A program made the position numbers and the translations under genes. Source: Tubiluchus corallicola (lineage: Eukaryota; Animalia; Priapulida). From it: DNA of 64,000 bases. Of the stretch, positions 26,001 to 39,805 are shown piece after piece. Numbering within the stretch: the first letter of the stretch is position 1; each line of letters begins with the position of its first letter. The notes below the pieces were generated by a model. The model made no database searches and was not told the origin of the DNA. It worked only from the letters and a program-made list of their open reading frames with translations. The stretch lies in NCBI GenBank assembly GCA_030141605.1, contig JAQGDQ010000171.1:248001-312000 (forward strand), in the 5' to 3' direction.

Positions 26001-28882
26001 ACTCACCAACAGATGATCCAAACACTGCACAATAGACTGCCAATGACAGGTAAGACGTGTACAGAGGTAAAAACAATGTGGACACGCCACTTATTAGCAA
26101 ACTAATATTGTTCACATAAAGAGCATTAACTCCAGGTCTATCACAGATCCAACCGACAATGACACGGCTTACAGTGTTTGTGATTCCAATGATGGACAGC
26201 AAGTAAGCAGCATCAGTTGCAGGAATACCAAGCTCAATAGCCCTTGAGTTGGTGTACATGAAGGGTATGTAAAATCCTATAAAAGCCAGAATGTTGGCGA
26301 TGCAAATTAATAAAAACACCGGATCTTTTAGCAAGGACAAGTCTAACATTTCCTTAAAGACGCTTCTCATTTCAGGTTCACAGCAGCGTGCCATTAAGCC
26401 ACTTTCACTCAAATCAATAACCGTTCCTTCTTCATCAGCCACACCTGGAATAGCCGTAATGCTAGTAATATATTCCATTTCACTTTTTGCTGCCTTGTAC
26501 TCTGGTAAGTTCATTATGCTACCACTAAAAAATATATCTTTCCTGTACATTGGACGTCTGTACTCTTCTTTTATGTCTTTGCCTGCTAGAGGTTTGTAGC
26601 CATTTGGTCGTAGTAGCTGTGAACCTCTAATATGAACGGTGTGCTCACTCTTCACGCGTTGGAGTAATTTATTCTGAGGTAGCTGCAATGCTTCTTTGTC
26701 TATGGCTGTTGCACTGGTACTCATCCTTCTGACTTCTGTATAGTTATCTGGCACGTCACTTTTGCTGTCCAGTTCGTGGTCACTCGAAATTACTATGTCT
26801 GGAATTGCAGGTCGCTCCCGAGCCACAGTTGACTGATATCCTGAGTCTTCTGTTTCGCGAGAAGAATCCGAAGATTTGCACAGCTCCCCTTCAGTTAACT
26901 CATTACCTGGAGTATTATTACAAAGAAAGGTAGCTCTGTTGTCGTCGTGTATAGTAAATGTTCTTACTCTTTCCATTTTCACTTCGTGCATTCTTTGCAA
27001 TAGTGGTTTTTCTGTCACCTTGATTTTCTTCGCTTTCAACGGTCTCATCAGGGCACCGCATACCATCCCGTTCATCACCAAGCCAGCCACGATCAATGTA
27101 GCACCCTTCCAGTCATACGTGGTCAGTAGAAATTTAGAGAAAGGTGCAAAAACAAACGTCCCTATTCCAGATCCACAGACAGCTAAACCTGTAGCGAATG
27201 CTCTTTTTTCCTCAAAATAATACCCGACACTCACGATTGCAGGCAGGTACATAAATCCAAACGATATTCCTAAAAAGACCAAACGAAATTAAATATCTAT
27301 ATTATTTAGTTATAATAATCTACCTCGTAAACGACACGAGTCCTCAGGTGGATTTTTAATCGTTTAAAAGAGGTTTTCTGACCTAAATTACTGTTAATAA
27401 AGCTTATAATCTGATAATAGGAAACAGTATATAGATATAGATTTAGATTTACTTCTCACAAAAAGCGATGCACATTGAATGATACGAAACAAAAATTATA
27501 AGATAGCATCGCAAAAAACAAATTGCTTACACTATAATGCTTCAATGTGTGTTTAAAGAAAATCTTGTAAGCACAATAATGATAGTGAGATAGTTATTTT
27601 GTAATTTCATATATTTTATGCTTCTAATCTTGCAGTTAAAATGTTAGAAACTCAGTAAAACGAAATTAACCTGCCATAACCCCATACGTCAAAATTAAAA
27701 CAGTGACATTCGGCGAAAAGATGCTAAGAATGAATGAGATTCCTGCCATGACGCTGCCAAATATTGTCACTGGTCGACATCCAAATCTGTTCACCAAGGC
27801 ACTGACTACAGGACCTGTGAAGAACCAAAAGTAGTCTGTAGAAGTAACAGCAGCACGTTTGTAGGAACAATTCCCAAGTTTTTGCATTTGCACAATAAGC
27901 ATTTACTGAATTTTGCATAGTTTGATGAAAAACTGCTCTCACTAAGCAGCGATTATGTTGTATTTGATAATTTTTGTAGGCCTCTACTCCCAACACAATC
28001 GTTTTTCATGCAAAATTAATACGAAATGCATTTGCTCACCTTAACCAAAAAAAAATGAAAAAAGCTTTCAGTAATTACAGTGTTTGCACTGTAACAATGT
28101 ACAGTATCAATTGTGTGAAATATGCTAATGCAGAAAATTTCAACTATCCAGACTCAACACTCTGATATATTATGGCCTCAAAGTCATCTCTTATTTTTAA
28201 GGAGAAATTCCAGTTAAAAGATGAAACGACCTTAATTTCTCTTTGGCTGATCGGTTTGCTTTTCCTGGAACTCAGCACAGCAGAAGGTTCTCTTGGGCTG
28301 TAGCAAGCAGGCGATCAATAAAATAGTGTGTACGATCACGCAAGTGTAAACCAGACTAAGCTACTCACTAGGCTAAGTTGGAGTGCCGGAAAACGGTGTG
28401 TTTTTCTTAATTTTATCCAATTAAATCAATTATAAATGTCAAAAGAAATAGCCGAGATTCTCCTTCATAGAACAGTACCTAATTTGTAATCATTTAGTTA
28501 TGTATGTGTTCATACAGTACCAGAAAAGTAATAGGTCTTATATATTTTAAATGGCGTGGTCCTGTGACAAACTTGTGAAACCAGTAAACATTGAAAACCT
28601 GTCAAACGTACCTGCAGTAAGATAACAGCCAGCAAGCAGTGATCCGACCATTGACGTTTTAGCAGCGCTTTCATTGAAGTACTCCTTAAATTCGACCAGC
28701 CAAACGCCATAGCAGTAGGTGATACCATCAACGAGAAAATTTAATATAAAACTTGCGAAGACAATCATCCAACCCCAGCTGCCATCTGGAGGCTGAGGAA
28801 TAAGATACTCCGGATCGAGTCCCTCCAATTCCGGATCAAAGTCGTCATCGCGTGCTGGTCTGTACTCGTCGCGCTGGCGCAT
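23089..28882 (-). CDS. SLC16 / monocarboxylate-transporter family MFS protein (MCT12/14-like invertebrate type, ~675 aa with one of the two alternative exons)
   Basis: Exons 28612-28882, 27671-27814, 26007-27269, [24086-24211 or 23802-23927], 23089-23312; all phase-1 GT-AG junctions. SLC16 motifs [49 protein letters not shown], large central loop with [10 protein letters not shown], and GPPLAG-MIYD. An acceptor at 28903-28904 indicates a further upstream exon. Confidence 0.93.
23400..23650. repeat. Degenerate ~120-bp tandem duplication in the last SLC16 intron
   Basis: TTAAATATGT.AAATTAC ... CTTTCATTAAA ... CCTGATTTTAAGT ... TAACATTATTCA occurs twice (~23400-23508 and ~23526-23649). Confidence 0.7.
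23802..23927 (-). CDS. Duplicated alternative exon (copy B) of the SLC16 gene, encoding the TM10-TM11 region
   Basis: 126 nt, flanked by tttcag| and |gtatat, same phase as exon 24086-24211. Translates to [42 protein letters not shown], 31/42 aa identical to copy A. Not in the ORF track. Confidence 0.85.
24276..24894. mobile_element. hAT-type MITE in an SLC16 intron
   Basis: Ends CACGGCCGG...CCGGTACTG with GCGCCC-type subterminal motifs; 8-bp TSD ATATTTAG (24268-24275) / ATCTTTAG (24895-24902). Confidence 0.7.
25593..25944. mobile_element. MITE family A, copy 2 (in an SLC16 intron)
   Basis: Colinear with 7743-8112 over its full length, same orientation, same TIRs with a few mismatches. Confidence 0.85.
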
Positions 28883-30010
28883 CCTGGTGGCGACAAACCT
28901 ACCTAAAAATAATTGGGAAATTAACTAAATTATTGCAAGCGTGCTGACTAACAAGGGGTGAAATTTAAAATTCCTATTAATTTATAAAAATTTTATATCA
29001 AAGCTTCCATCTGGATATAGAACCTTTGCGGAAACGCTATATGTTTTGGCATATTTATGGTGCGACAATGGCAGTCCAAACTAAAGACATTATTGCTGAA
29101 ACAAGATGCAAAACAAGAGTACAATATCACCTGGAAACACTCCATATCAATATTCATTAAGAAATGAAAAAATGGCCCTTGCGTTAACACGTAATAATGA
29201 CTAGCGATTTTAAAACTGAAACACGGCAAAATTGAAGGTAAGATAGGTCTAGGCAGTAATCGCGTAATCGATAGTCCTAATGCTCTATTTGTACCCTTAA
29301 CCGTTATGCTTAATGCAATGCTGAAACATAACTACTGCCCGCAGAGTTTATGTAATACTGTCATTAACCCAACTATCAAAAATCCCCAAATGGCAAACCG
29401 AGAAGTAAAATTATAATGCATTTCACCCCTATCCATAATCCCTTGTGTGAGAGTACGTGGAAATAGTTCATGTCTTTCTCTGTTTTGAAGAGGAGACGGC
29501 GTTCCATAGCTATTTCAAGTCAATTTTGACTGACATTTCTCGTATAGTTTACCCACGGGTTAATTGTTACCAATACGGTTACCCTAGTTATTATGATGCA
29601 TTGGCCTACAATAATATTTTAGTGGAAATGTGTCTAAATACAATAGTTGCATATAACTCAGCTATATAGATCATCTTTAACTCAATGTAGCATTACGTCA
29701 AAAATATTAAAACGAATCATAATTTGGACAAGTTCGCCTGTTCGACGTTCGTGCTCGGGTTCAGCTATAGGCTAGTGCTTATGCAGCAATTCGATGCCCT
29801 GCTTTGAATTCGATTAACTGCAGGTGTGTAGATTATACTTTGTAACTGTTTATCAAAACTTTTCAAAAACGTAGCTAACTTTCCTGACAGAAACTAAAAT
29901 GGCAATATGATCACAATTCCTGATGAACTATTATCAGAGTTTATGGTGAAGTTTTTAAGAGGTTATAACAACGATTTGAAGGCAATACCTAAAAAATTCG
30001 CACCTCCTTC

Positions 30011-30215
30011 CACGCACACTCACACACTCACGCACACACACACACACACACACGCACGCACGCACACACACACGCACAAAGAGGGAAAGAGAGAAAAAGA
30101 GAGAAAAACACACACTGAGAGAGGGAGAGAGAGAGAGAGACAAAGAGAAATACTGAAGGGAAAGGGGATGAGAGAAAGAAACAGACAGAAGAAGGGAGAG
30201 AGACACAGAGAGAGC
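30011..30215. repeat. (CA)n / (GA)n compound low-complexity repeat
   Basis: Directly visible. Confidence 0.9.
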
Positions 30216-31149
30216 GCTGATTACACACTTGAAAGTCATTGGGTTAAACAACTGATGAGTCAATGAATAAGCAGCGATGAATTGAGAAAAACAGAAAAAA
30301 TAGGAATAATAACAACAACAGCATCATAACATACAGGAGCAGATTAATTATTTGAACAACTGAGTTGTCATTGACTCTTGGGCTGATGGTAATGCATTTA
30401 AGTTTTCAAAATATAAAAATGATTTTACTATATATAAGAAAGTTGAACCAAGTAGCACTAAGTTCGCTAGTTATTACCTATTACAATATTTGTTGTTACA
30501 TTATACGTTTTATGCTAGTTATACATTATACGTCAGTTTCGTTATTACATTGTCAATTAATTTTGCTACATTATCGGTTATTTATTACATTATGTTTTGC
30601 TTTTTCATTATAGTATGCATTATTTTATTATTAAAATTAAAATGAGAATTAAAAAATGGGATTATAATGCGGGCGTTTATTACATTATCAGTTGTAACAC
30701 GCTGTGTCTTACGATAAATACTCACGTTGGCATTGAGGAAATCAAACTTTTCGTAAATCTTTGTCTACTAAACGATCGCAAGGTTTGTGTAGAGAGATTG
30801 ACAAGTCTGCAATTAGACTATTTTGTTTTATGTCCGTTTTAAATCAGTATATGAGTCTAACTATGCTTGGTAAAAATCGTATTTTTTAATGCAAAGATTT
30901 GTGAAAATCTTTATAGTGATTCTGAGATTCTGATATCGTTTCTTATGTACTGTATTGTAATACAAAGTTTGTGGCAACGACCGCTAAGAGTGCAGGCAAA
31001 AATTCATTTCTATCTACGTCATTTTCCCTAATATCCCTATGAATAATATTGTATGTAGACATAATGAATTCTTTTCTCTTCTAATGACAACATATTCAAA
31101 GCTAAAAGTCTGTTAGGCTAACATACAACATTAAATCCTCCACCTAGTG

Positions 31150-31340
31150 GACAATCTTCTACTGAAATTGAAATACACGTACTTTTGAATATAATATCAA
31201 TATTTCTCGTTAGATCGGGACACCATACTGGCGCACAATATTCCACAATAGGTCGAAAATAAGATTTAAAACCTTTAAGCAAAATTTCTGTCTGTTGTAA
31301 ATTGAAAACAACGAAAGAGCATATTTGTCGCATGATGCAA
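31150..31340 (-). mobile_element. CR1/L2-type LINE RT C-terminal remnant
   Basis: LLKGFKSYFRPIVEYCAPVWCPDLTRNIDII matches the LxxxYKSxVRPxLEYxxPVWSP...DI motif. Confidence 0.7.
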
Positions 31341-31837
31341 AATACATGTTATTCAGAAAGTCTGCGTTTTTAATGCTATAGATTTTGGGCTAAATGTAAT
31401 TTGCAAAGCTCTAATAAGGTAAAAGAAATGTATAAAAATACTAAGACTACTCGACCCTGTACAATTTGTGCAGCGAGTGATACTACTGTATTCTAAAGTT
31501 TCTTACGTACGGAGTTTCAAGTTCTTTTCTGGCTCTGACGTTTTTAGATGCTCAAGTATTTTTGCCTGTTGGAATGAAATTTTAATTTATCTTTGATGCA
31601 TATATCACTTATGTAAGTAAGTTTTATGGGTATGTTGCTTTTCAATTAAGCTTTTTTATCTTTGTAAGCACTGATTTTGTGTTTGCGTGCAACGAGCTCT
31701 AAATATATTGCTTTGCTTTTATAGCTAATTATTGTTAAACAGTTAAATTAGCAAAAGTAGTTTAATTAATATAATTCAATTTCTTTTATAGTTCATGCTG
31801 AGACATAGTGCAACGCTGGAGAACTTCCATTGTTGAA

Positions 31838-32182
<345 letters not shown>

Positions 32183-32711
32183 TTGATGGAAACGAACAAG
32201 ATAACCTTTTAAGTAATTCAGAAATGCGTCATGAAAATAAATTAAGCTGAAATACAATTCTGATAGAACTACAGTCACTGCTTTGTTTACTAATATCAAA
32301 ATGTCAGCCAGACGTAAAGTTTGCTTATATGTAAAAGTACGCTGGACAGTGGCGTGATTATGTAAACTATAATAACAAAGTTCGTCCAGACATACTGAAA
32401 TCTTAAAGCAAATCCCACAACATAATATATTGTTTGTACTACTCGAGAACGTTTAAACATACATGTTTGTGCCCTATTTTCATAAGATGAACAATCTCGT
32501 AATGTATACTTTATTAAACTGAAGAACTTTTAAACAGTGTTAGGACATCCTTGCTGTTTAGATTACGCTGAACAGAATTTGTTAGTTTGTTAAAAGCACA
32601 CATTAACAATTTCCTATTTCTACGGTTACACGATGGTCCCCGGAGATGGTACTTGTTATAGGTTAAGTGTAGTGCCTATGTACAATTCAAAGCAAAGTAA
32701 ACCCACAAAAG

Positions 32712-32742
<31 letters not shown>

Positions 32743-33333
32743 CGCTGACGATGGCGATGGCAATGATCATAACGATGATGACGATGATGATGGTGATTAC
32801 TCTAAGGAGACGACACTGTCGTCTAACGACTGCTAATAGCTGAAATGACAACTTGAACGCTATGATCTCATTTTAATTACTAATTATTGTCTGTTTGCTT
32901 TGAATGCACATGTTGACAATACAAGTTGCAAACTGCTGAAGAATGTGACCTTGTTCATAAAAGAACTTCCTTGACACTAGCGTTTTATATGCATACCCTA
33001 TTTTAGATACACTGTATTATTTTTTCTCATCGGTACGATAAAGACGTCCTGGTCTTGTAGCCCAAAGTTCTAATCTAGAACTTTGACCTATTACACAGAT
33101 ACACCAGCTAATTGCAGAGGGTCGTTAAGAGTATGGCCTTCGCTGGGAAAGTTTATCACTTTTCAAATATTGAAATTAATATAAGGTTTACTATTAGCAT
33201 TATTAGCGCCATCATACCGATCAATAAGTGCAAAAGAATATGTGGTCTACGTGACCTTATTCTGAGTGTATATTAGTGTAAATTCCCATTTTTTTTTATT
33301 CAGGTAGTAATTTCGAAACACCAACATCATGAC

Positions 33334-33685
33334 CAGGGCCGGGTATAGGCTAGTATAAACTGCAGCCAAGGGCCCTCAAGCTTCGGTAACATTTGGTAAA
33401 AAATCTTTCTTTTTATGGTTGTGTTGAAAATTGTGTTAGTACGGTTTGCAATAGATATGAAAATGGTAAAATTTCATAAAGAATATTTTTTATTGACAAA
33501 CAAAAGATAGCTATTCCAAATTGTTAAAAAAATGCAAAGAGTTTACTTAAAACTATGTAAATGTCGCTAAACTGTATTAAAAAATACTCAAGGCGTGTGC
33601 GGGCGAGTTAGAAGGCTGGCTACGTCTAGGGGGGGGGCATAATTTCATTAGCTTAGGGGCCTCAGAGTGTCATAATCCGGCCTTA
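33334..33685. mobile_element. hAT-type MITE
   Basis: Ends CAGGGCCGG...CCGGCCTTA; 8-bp TSD ATCATGAC (33326-33333) / ATCATAAC (33686-33693). Confidence 0.75.
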
Positions 33686-33879
33686 ATCATAACGAAAAGT
33701 GAAATGTAGATACAGGCCGACGTAAGCCATTTATTTTTAATGAAACGGTTTTACAAATATACCAATGTTTTGCTTAGCTTACAATTATAGTTACGACATG
33801 GGATCATAATAATAATTTCAAAACACCAACATCATAACATAAAACGAAAACTTAGATACAGTTATATTTTCAGTAATAG

Positions 33880-34200
33880 TCCACTTTAACTTGCTACCTC
33901 TATTCAATCTGGAGCAGATATTTAATGGTAGTCGTTTATTCGACTTGGTTATCAAATATCTGGTTTTTAACCAGTGTATTATTGTCGTCATCGAATAATC
34001 TCGTGTGAAAATTAGATATACAGTAGTAGAAAAGTCGGTAAAGTATATAATAAACAGGCAGTCGCCCAAGTATAGATTCTTGCGGAACACCACGGCTGAT
34101 AGAAGCCAGAAGACAGATTTTGACTTCTTGTATATTACTATGAATTATTTTAATGTATGATGTAGTTTTGATGCAATTATACCATAATGTGCAAATTTCG
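33880..34200 (-). mobile_element. Frameshifted LINE RT core remnant
   Basis: GVPQESILG, then LFIIYFTDF, LFDDD and W-L-K across three frames, corresponding to GVPQGSxLGP-LFxIYxND-YADD-WL. Confidence 0.7.
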
Positions 34201-34338
34201 AGATAAGATATGTAATACATAAATACTAAAAATTTAGTATCGAATACTAAAAAATACATGCTATTTTTATATTATTGTTAGTTAAAAGAGTACTGTGAGT
34301 GCTTATATAAATGGGCTAGTTAAGTTTCAATCAGGTTT

Positions 34339-34462
<124 letters not shown>

Positions 34463-34822
34463 TGGATCACCCAGGTCAACAACCAGCAACAGTTAAACAA
34501 TTGGCTGCTTTCTCACATTGTGTAATTTACTGAGCAACACAAAGATATTTTTGTCCACCAAATAAGATAGTTTATATCATTGTATTATTAGTGATGACTT
34601 CACATTAAACCAAACACTAAGCTTGCTTTTATTTACTTAGCGTGTTTGCACAAAAAGATACCTCACTTTACAAAGCTCTCTGGTTCGCAAAGTTACCATA
34701 TTTAAAATTTGATAGACTCACTGTCATTTATATGATGTCATATCAGTAAAAGTGACACAGATTAACGATTACGCAAGTTAACATCAGTTGATCTCAAAAC
34801 ATTGCATGGTGTTTACAGGCAT

Positions 34823-35188
34823 GGAATCCAGGTAATGAAGTCACAGATTAAAAAAAATCACACAGAAAAAAGTCACAGGAAAAAATAAAAACCCTAACCC
34901 TAACCTTAACCTTAACCTGGTAATAATAAAAACTTCAAAACCTTGAGATGTTGAACAAAACGTGACATTTTTCACATACATGATATCATATATAAATAGT
35001 GTTGGTACTATGTACAAATCATGTATTGCTAGTTAATAACTGATTTAAAATATTTTCTGTTTTATTTCTTTAATTGTTTATGGTACTTAAATAAATTGCG
35101 ACTGGCTTGAATATTTTTGTTTGATTGCCTGACTTTCTTTCTTAGCTAAATGTGTGACTTTTTTCCTGTGACTTTATTACCAGTCACC
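34823..35188. mobile_element. Foldback-like MITE with tandem subterminal repeats and telomere-like CCCTAA units
   Basis: Left GGTAATGAAGTCACAG plus AAAGTCACAG repeats; right CTGTGACTTTATTACC plus TGTGACTTTT; internal AACCCTAACCCTAACCTTAACCTTAACC at ~34889-34917. No clear TSD. Confidence 0.6.
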
Positions 35189-35449
35189 TTGGCCATTATT
35201 GCCATTCACAAGTGGGTCGTACATTGTTGAATTTATATTTTTGATAAGTGAAAGCAGTAGCAGCGTCACCTCCATCGTCCCATCATGACATCCACCATCA
35301 TCACCATCCACTTCAGGTGAGCTACTCTGTCGTGAATGCTACAAAGACATATCACTTATAACGATTACCTTCATTCCATGTGGACCATCATTTGAGAAGC
35401 ATTGAAATGGAAACTGCTGTATTGTGCTTCAAATTATATAATAATTTAT

Positions 35450-35498
<49 letters not shown>

Positions 35499-37669
35499 AG
35501 GGTACCTTTAATTATTTAAAAGTTTTTCATTATAATTAATATATTCAATTATTCACATTACGAAATTGCTCATCTTATGAAAATATTGTGCAAATATAGA
35601 TGCTTAAACAGCATTATTATTATCTTTCATTTTTATGATAATCGGCAATGAGAAAGACATCAACTACAGCTATCGGTTTCCTGCAATAATTAAGATGCGC
35701 CAAACCTAGATAGCGCATGAATGAGTGTTCACCCAGAAAACTGTTTCTATGTGTTTCTACCTTTTGTTGAGAGGGATTGTGTATATACTTTAGAACGTTT
35801 CTGCAGTACCATTGTTTCGTCTGCAAAGTTTTTGCCTAAATAAACATGGTGTAACCTACTAACTTAGCGGTGACACTCAGAGACTTAGATTGTGGACAGC
35901 ATACAGGGTGGAAAGCACGCACTTTAGATACTTGGAGGGACTTTTTAAATGTCGAAAATGAAGTACTAGTTAAATTTTCTAACGATGCTTCACAGCTTTC
36001 AGCTTAATTGTTTTTTGTTGGTATTAATTTTAAGCTTCATATCCAAGTTATACTCGGCGGAAAATCATATGAAAACTCGTTTCGTTCATTTATCTGACGT
36101 TCAGTGCAGAATTCAGTCTCGGTGAGACCCTAAGCTGTATAAACCCATGAGACCTCTTTTTTTAAATTGCCCCAGCTGGTCCCAGAAAACTTGAAAATAT
36201 ATGTGCCATTTAATTTAACATACAAATTATTTTCAAATAAACGCACTTACTAATTATACGTTAATATACAGCGTGACATACAAACAAACATTCCTTGGTG
36301 TTTGTTTACTAAATATAGAAAGGTAAGTTATAAAATCAGAAAAATTATATTATATAGTTTAATAATTTACAACTTAAAATATTTTCTTTCGTGATTCTCA
36401 AAAAGCAAAATCACTGATTACCTCCTCAAATGTTATATTATGCAATTTACCGCTTTCTATGCACATGATACTGGACAGTCTTTCTTGATACATAGTTGCT
36501 TTTAGTTCAGTTTTGATTCTCCTTATCTGTGAAAATCATCTTTCTCCTAGATATGAATGTAAACCCTATCTACAGTCTTCATGAAGCGCCCCATGCAGAT
36601 TTTGAGACCCCAAGCCTTAGCTTGTTTAGCAACTTTAGCTTACACCTAAATTCAGCCCTGTGAATATTAGATTTGAATGGCACTATAATAAATGTACGAG
36701 CCGGGTGTTGATAGCAATAGGTATTAGTAGCAGTGGGAACGTTCTTATGTTGCACTTTTATAGAGTTCAAGACCCTGGAACAGTAAACACGTATCTAGAC
36801 CAGTCACCTTTAGCAGAAACAATAACTGATTCATAGGCTTGACATGTTATAAAATATTGCAATACATGCTGATAGTTCGAACCTTTTCAGTCATTTTGAA
36901 CGCCCTGAAGTATATAATGCTACATTACCCTCACATTTGTCCTCACATTACCCCACACTTCTGGTGCGATAACGAAGGATCCTGTTTGTTTGTGACTTTC
37001 TACAGACGTTTGCGTAGCACATAAAGGCGAAACGTTTATGGATGGCTTTTTTGCTCTTAATTACTAAGTACTGATCACAAAACTTCATAGAACGCGTAAT
37101 CTACTATAAAATTTCACGTCGCTTCTTTAATATTGAAAGACATATTGAGTCGTCCTAATTGAGCTTCAAAGTGCACTGTATTTGTTAAAAAATCTACTGC
37201 TTGGTCGCCTGCCAGTTTTTGAAGGGCAATAAGTTTAGACAAAATCAGGAAAACTACCGGTAGTGTGAGAAACAACAAAAAGCGCAGGAACAATCCCATA
37301 CGCTAGAGGGATGCGATACGTGCGCTATGACGCATACATGAAACTGAACGAAATAGCGTTTCATTCGAACGTTTCCTACTTTTTAGTAGCATCCCATATC
37401 CTCCATGCGGAATGGTACCTCCTGCCCCTCGGAGAACAGTGAAACCACCTTTACTGTTTTGGGCCACACCTTATGATTATGAATCGATGTACATTTATTT
37501 AATGCCACACATTATAATTTTATGTCAGCCTAAAAATTTAATACTAACATTCAAATTTATACCCATGAACCTATTACTGGAGGCCACTACTAGCTATGAA
37601 AATTTTAAACCAATGTGGTTGATTTTTGTGCAGTTAAGTTCTGGTGATGGTGGTGGTGGCAGTCGCAAT

Positions 37670-37907
<238 letters not shown>

Positions 37908-39578
37908 AAATACAACTGTTACAATTAATTTCAAAAACGGCAAGTTATATAATGACTGTAGGTTATGACCGTTACTAAAGTCCAAATTGTTATAAAATTC
38001 TCTAAAATGTTCAGTTTTAACACAATGACACAGTTTGTGTTCTTCATCTTCCACGTCTCTTCTCCAAACACAGAAGTGTTCCTCCCGGGGCAGCCTATCC
38101 CATCTCCTTCTTTCTATCATAAGAAAGTTAGCAGACAAGTGAGATCTTCTAAAAACAAGTCTTTCCATTTCAGGAACATTGAAACTGAATTCACCGTTTA
38201 AGTAGACCTTACCTACTTCTAACTGAGGATTGACTGTCCTGTTCTGTACTTAGATCCAGATGAATTGGGAATTTTATTGCATAATTTGCAGATTAAAGAG
38301 CTCTGCTTGCTCTAACAAGCATTAGATAAACTTACCCGATTATTTGACTTATCCGGTCAGCGATGGTCAGTTACTCACGGTGATGGAGCGCCATTCTTGC
38401 AAGTGTTGAAACAACAGATTTGTAAAGAAAAAATGTCACATATTTTTAAGATCTGTATACAGAGTGGATCATTGCGAATCGCTGGTTATATTATCTATAT
38501 TTAGGTCTGAGTACAAAAGTTCCCAAGCCAGCTCTGCTTTACCTTCGACAACACGAATGTCAATTGCAAGTCACTTAAGCTGTTTGTTCACTAGTTGCAC
38601 TCTAACCGAGAGCATATCTTATCATGCACCTCTCTATTGATACGCAACGAATTCGGCGGTATTGCCCACTTTATAAAAAGCTCAGCAATCTATACAAAGC
38701 TGTGCGCATAGGCCTATATTTATTACAATTAATTAAACATTAAAGATAATAGCGAATGCTGATAATCTCGTAATTGGCATCTTGTAAAATTACAATTATA
38801 GATAGCCTACATACGTAATGCAAATAACATGTTCGTTATCCAGGCATCATTTCGCATATGGACTCTTTATCATTTTACGCTAATTTTTGTGAGTCTGGGG
38901 AAATTACCGCATCTTATAAACTGTATATATAGAACAGCCAACATGGTAAAAGGGTCAATATAAAGGAAAAATAGATCCACCACCAAAAAATTTTAAGAAA
39001 ACGTTTTTGGTGTTTTCCTACAGCATTTGGTCCAGAGAATAACATATCCAAATTAGGTCGAAATTTGAACACTGCAAATGGACTAATTATGACGTCAAAA
39101 AAGATGGCCGCCATTTGAACAAAACGAATGGGTATTTAGTCTACCAGAATAGTGAAAAAATTCTCACTTTTATTCAAAAGCATGAAATTCTGCACCATGC
39201 CAGAGCCCGTTAAGGTGATTAATTTTGATTATGGAGACAATCGAAATTCGCCCAATTTTGGCCGCAATTTTCGACACGGCTGACAATATGGCTGTTACAA
39301 GCTTATAATGTCTATATCTTAGCTATCAGAGCATACAGGAAAATGATATTGGTGTCTAAATATAGGTTTCAAGGTCAAGCAATCCACATTTGATATTCCC
39401 TATAATATCACCCCATTTCAAGATGGCTGCTAAGATGGCTGCAAATGTTTCACAAAATATCAGAATTGCTCATAGCGTAACGACTATCCAGTGATTACAA
39501 ATGCTTAACTAGGTTGTTTTACTTGAAGAAAATTTATTTCTTACAAAAAAACTTTCAACAAAATATATGGTGAAACGA

Positions 39579-39752
39579 GCTGTCGTGGTACGTTGGCTAA
39601 TGTCGGACAATGTCCTCCAGGCTTTTATTAAAAAAATAGCAAATTAGTAGAGACACTGTTTTTCCTCACCTCAACGGTTAAACAATTCCTTTGTTAATTT
39701 TAGTAAAAAACCGAAGCTCATTGTCTGACATTAGCCGGTGTACTACACCAGC
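39579..39752. mobile_element. Small degenerate palindromic element (MITE-like)
   Basis: GCTGTCGTGGTACGTTGGCTAATGTCGGACAATG is an imperfect reverse complement of CATTGTCTGACATTAGCCGGTGTACTACACCAGC. Confidence 0.55.
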
Positions 39753-39805
39753 CAAACTTACGTATTACATTGTAAACAAATCAATAACATTAATAACTAG
39801 AACAC

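Noticed and set aside
26291-27220. Plus-strand ORFs antisense to the large SLC16 exon (similarly 48791-49253 and 53276-53593)
   Set aside because: Shadow ORFs of real coding exons with no recognisable motifs.
38379-38394. Possible first coding mini-exon of the SLC16 gene (ATG GCG CTC CAT CAC C|gtgagt), in frame with the acceptor at 28903-28904
   Set aside because: Phase-compatible but only 16 nt and 9.5 kb away; it cannot be distinguished from chance without transcripts.
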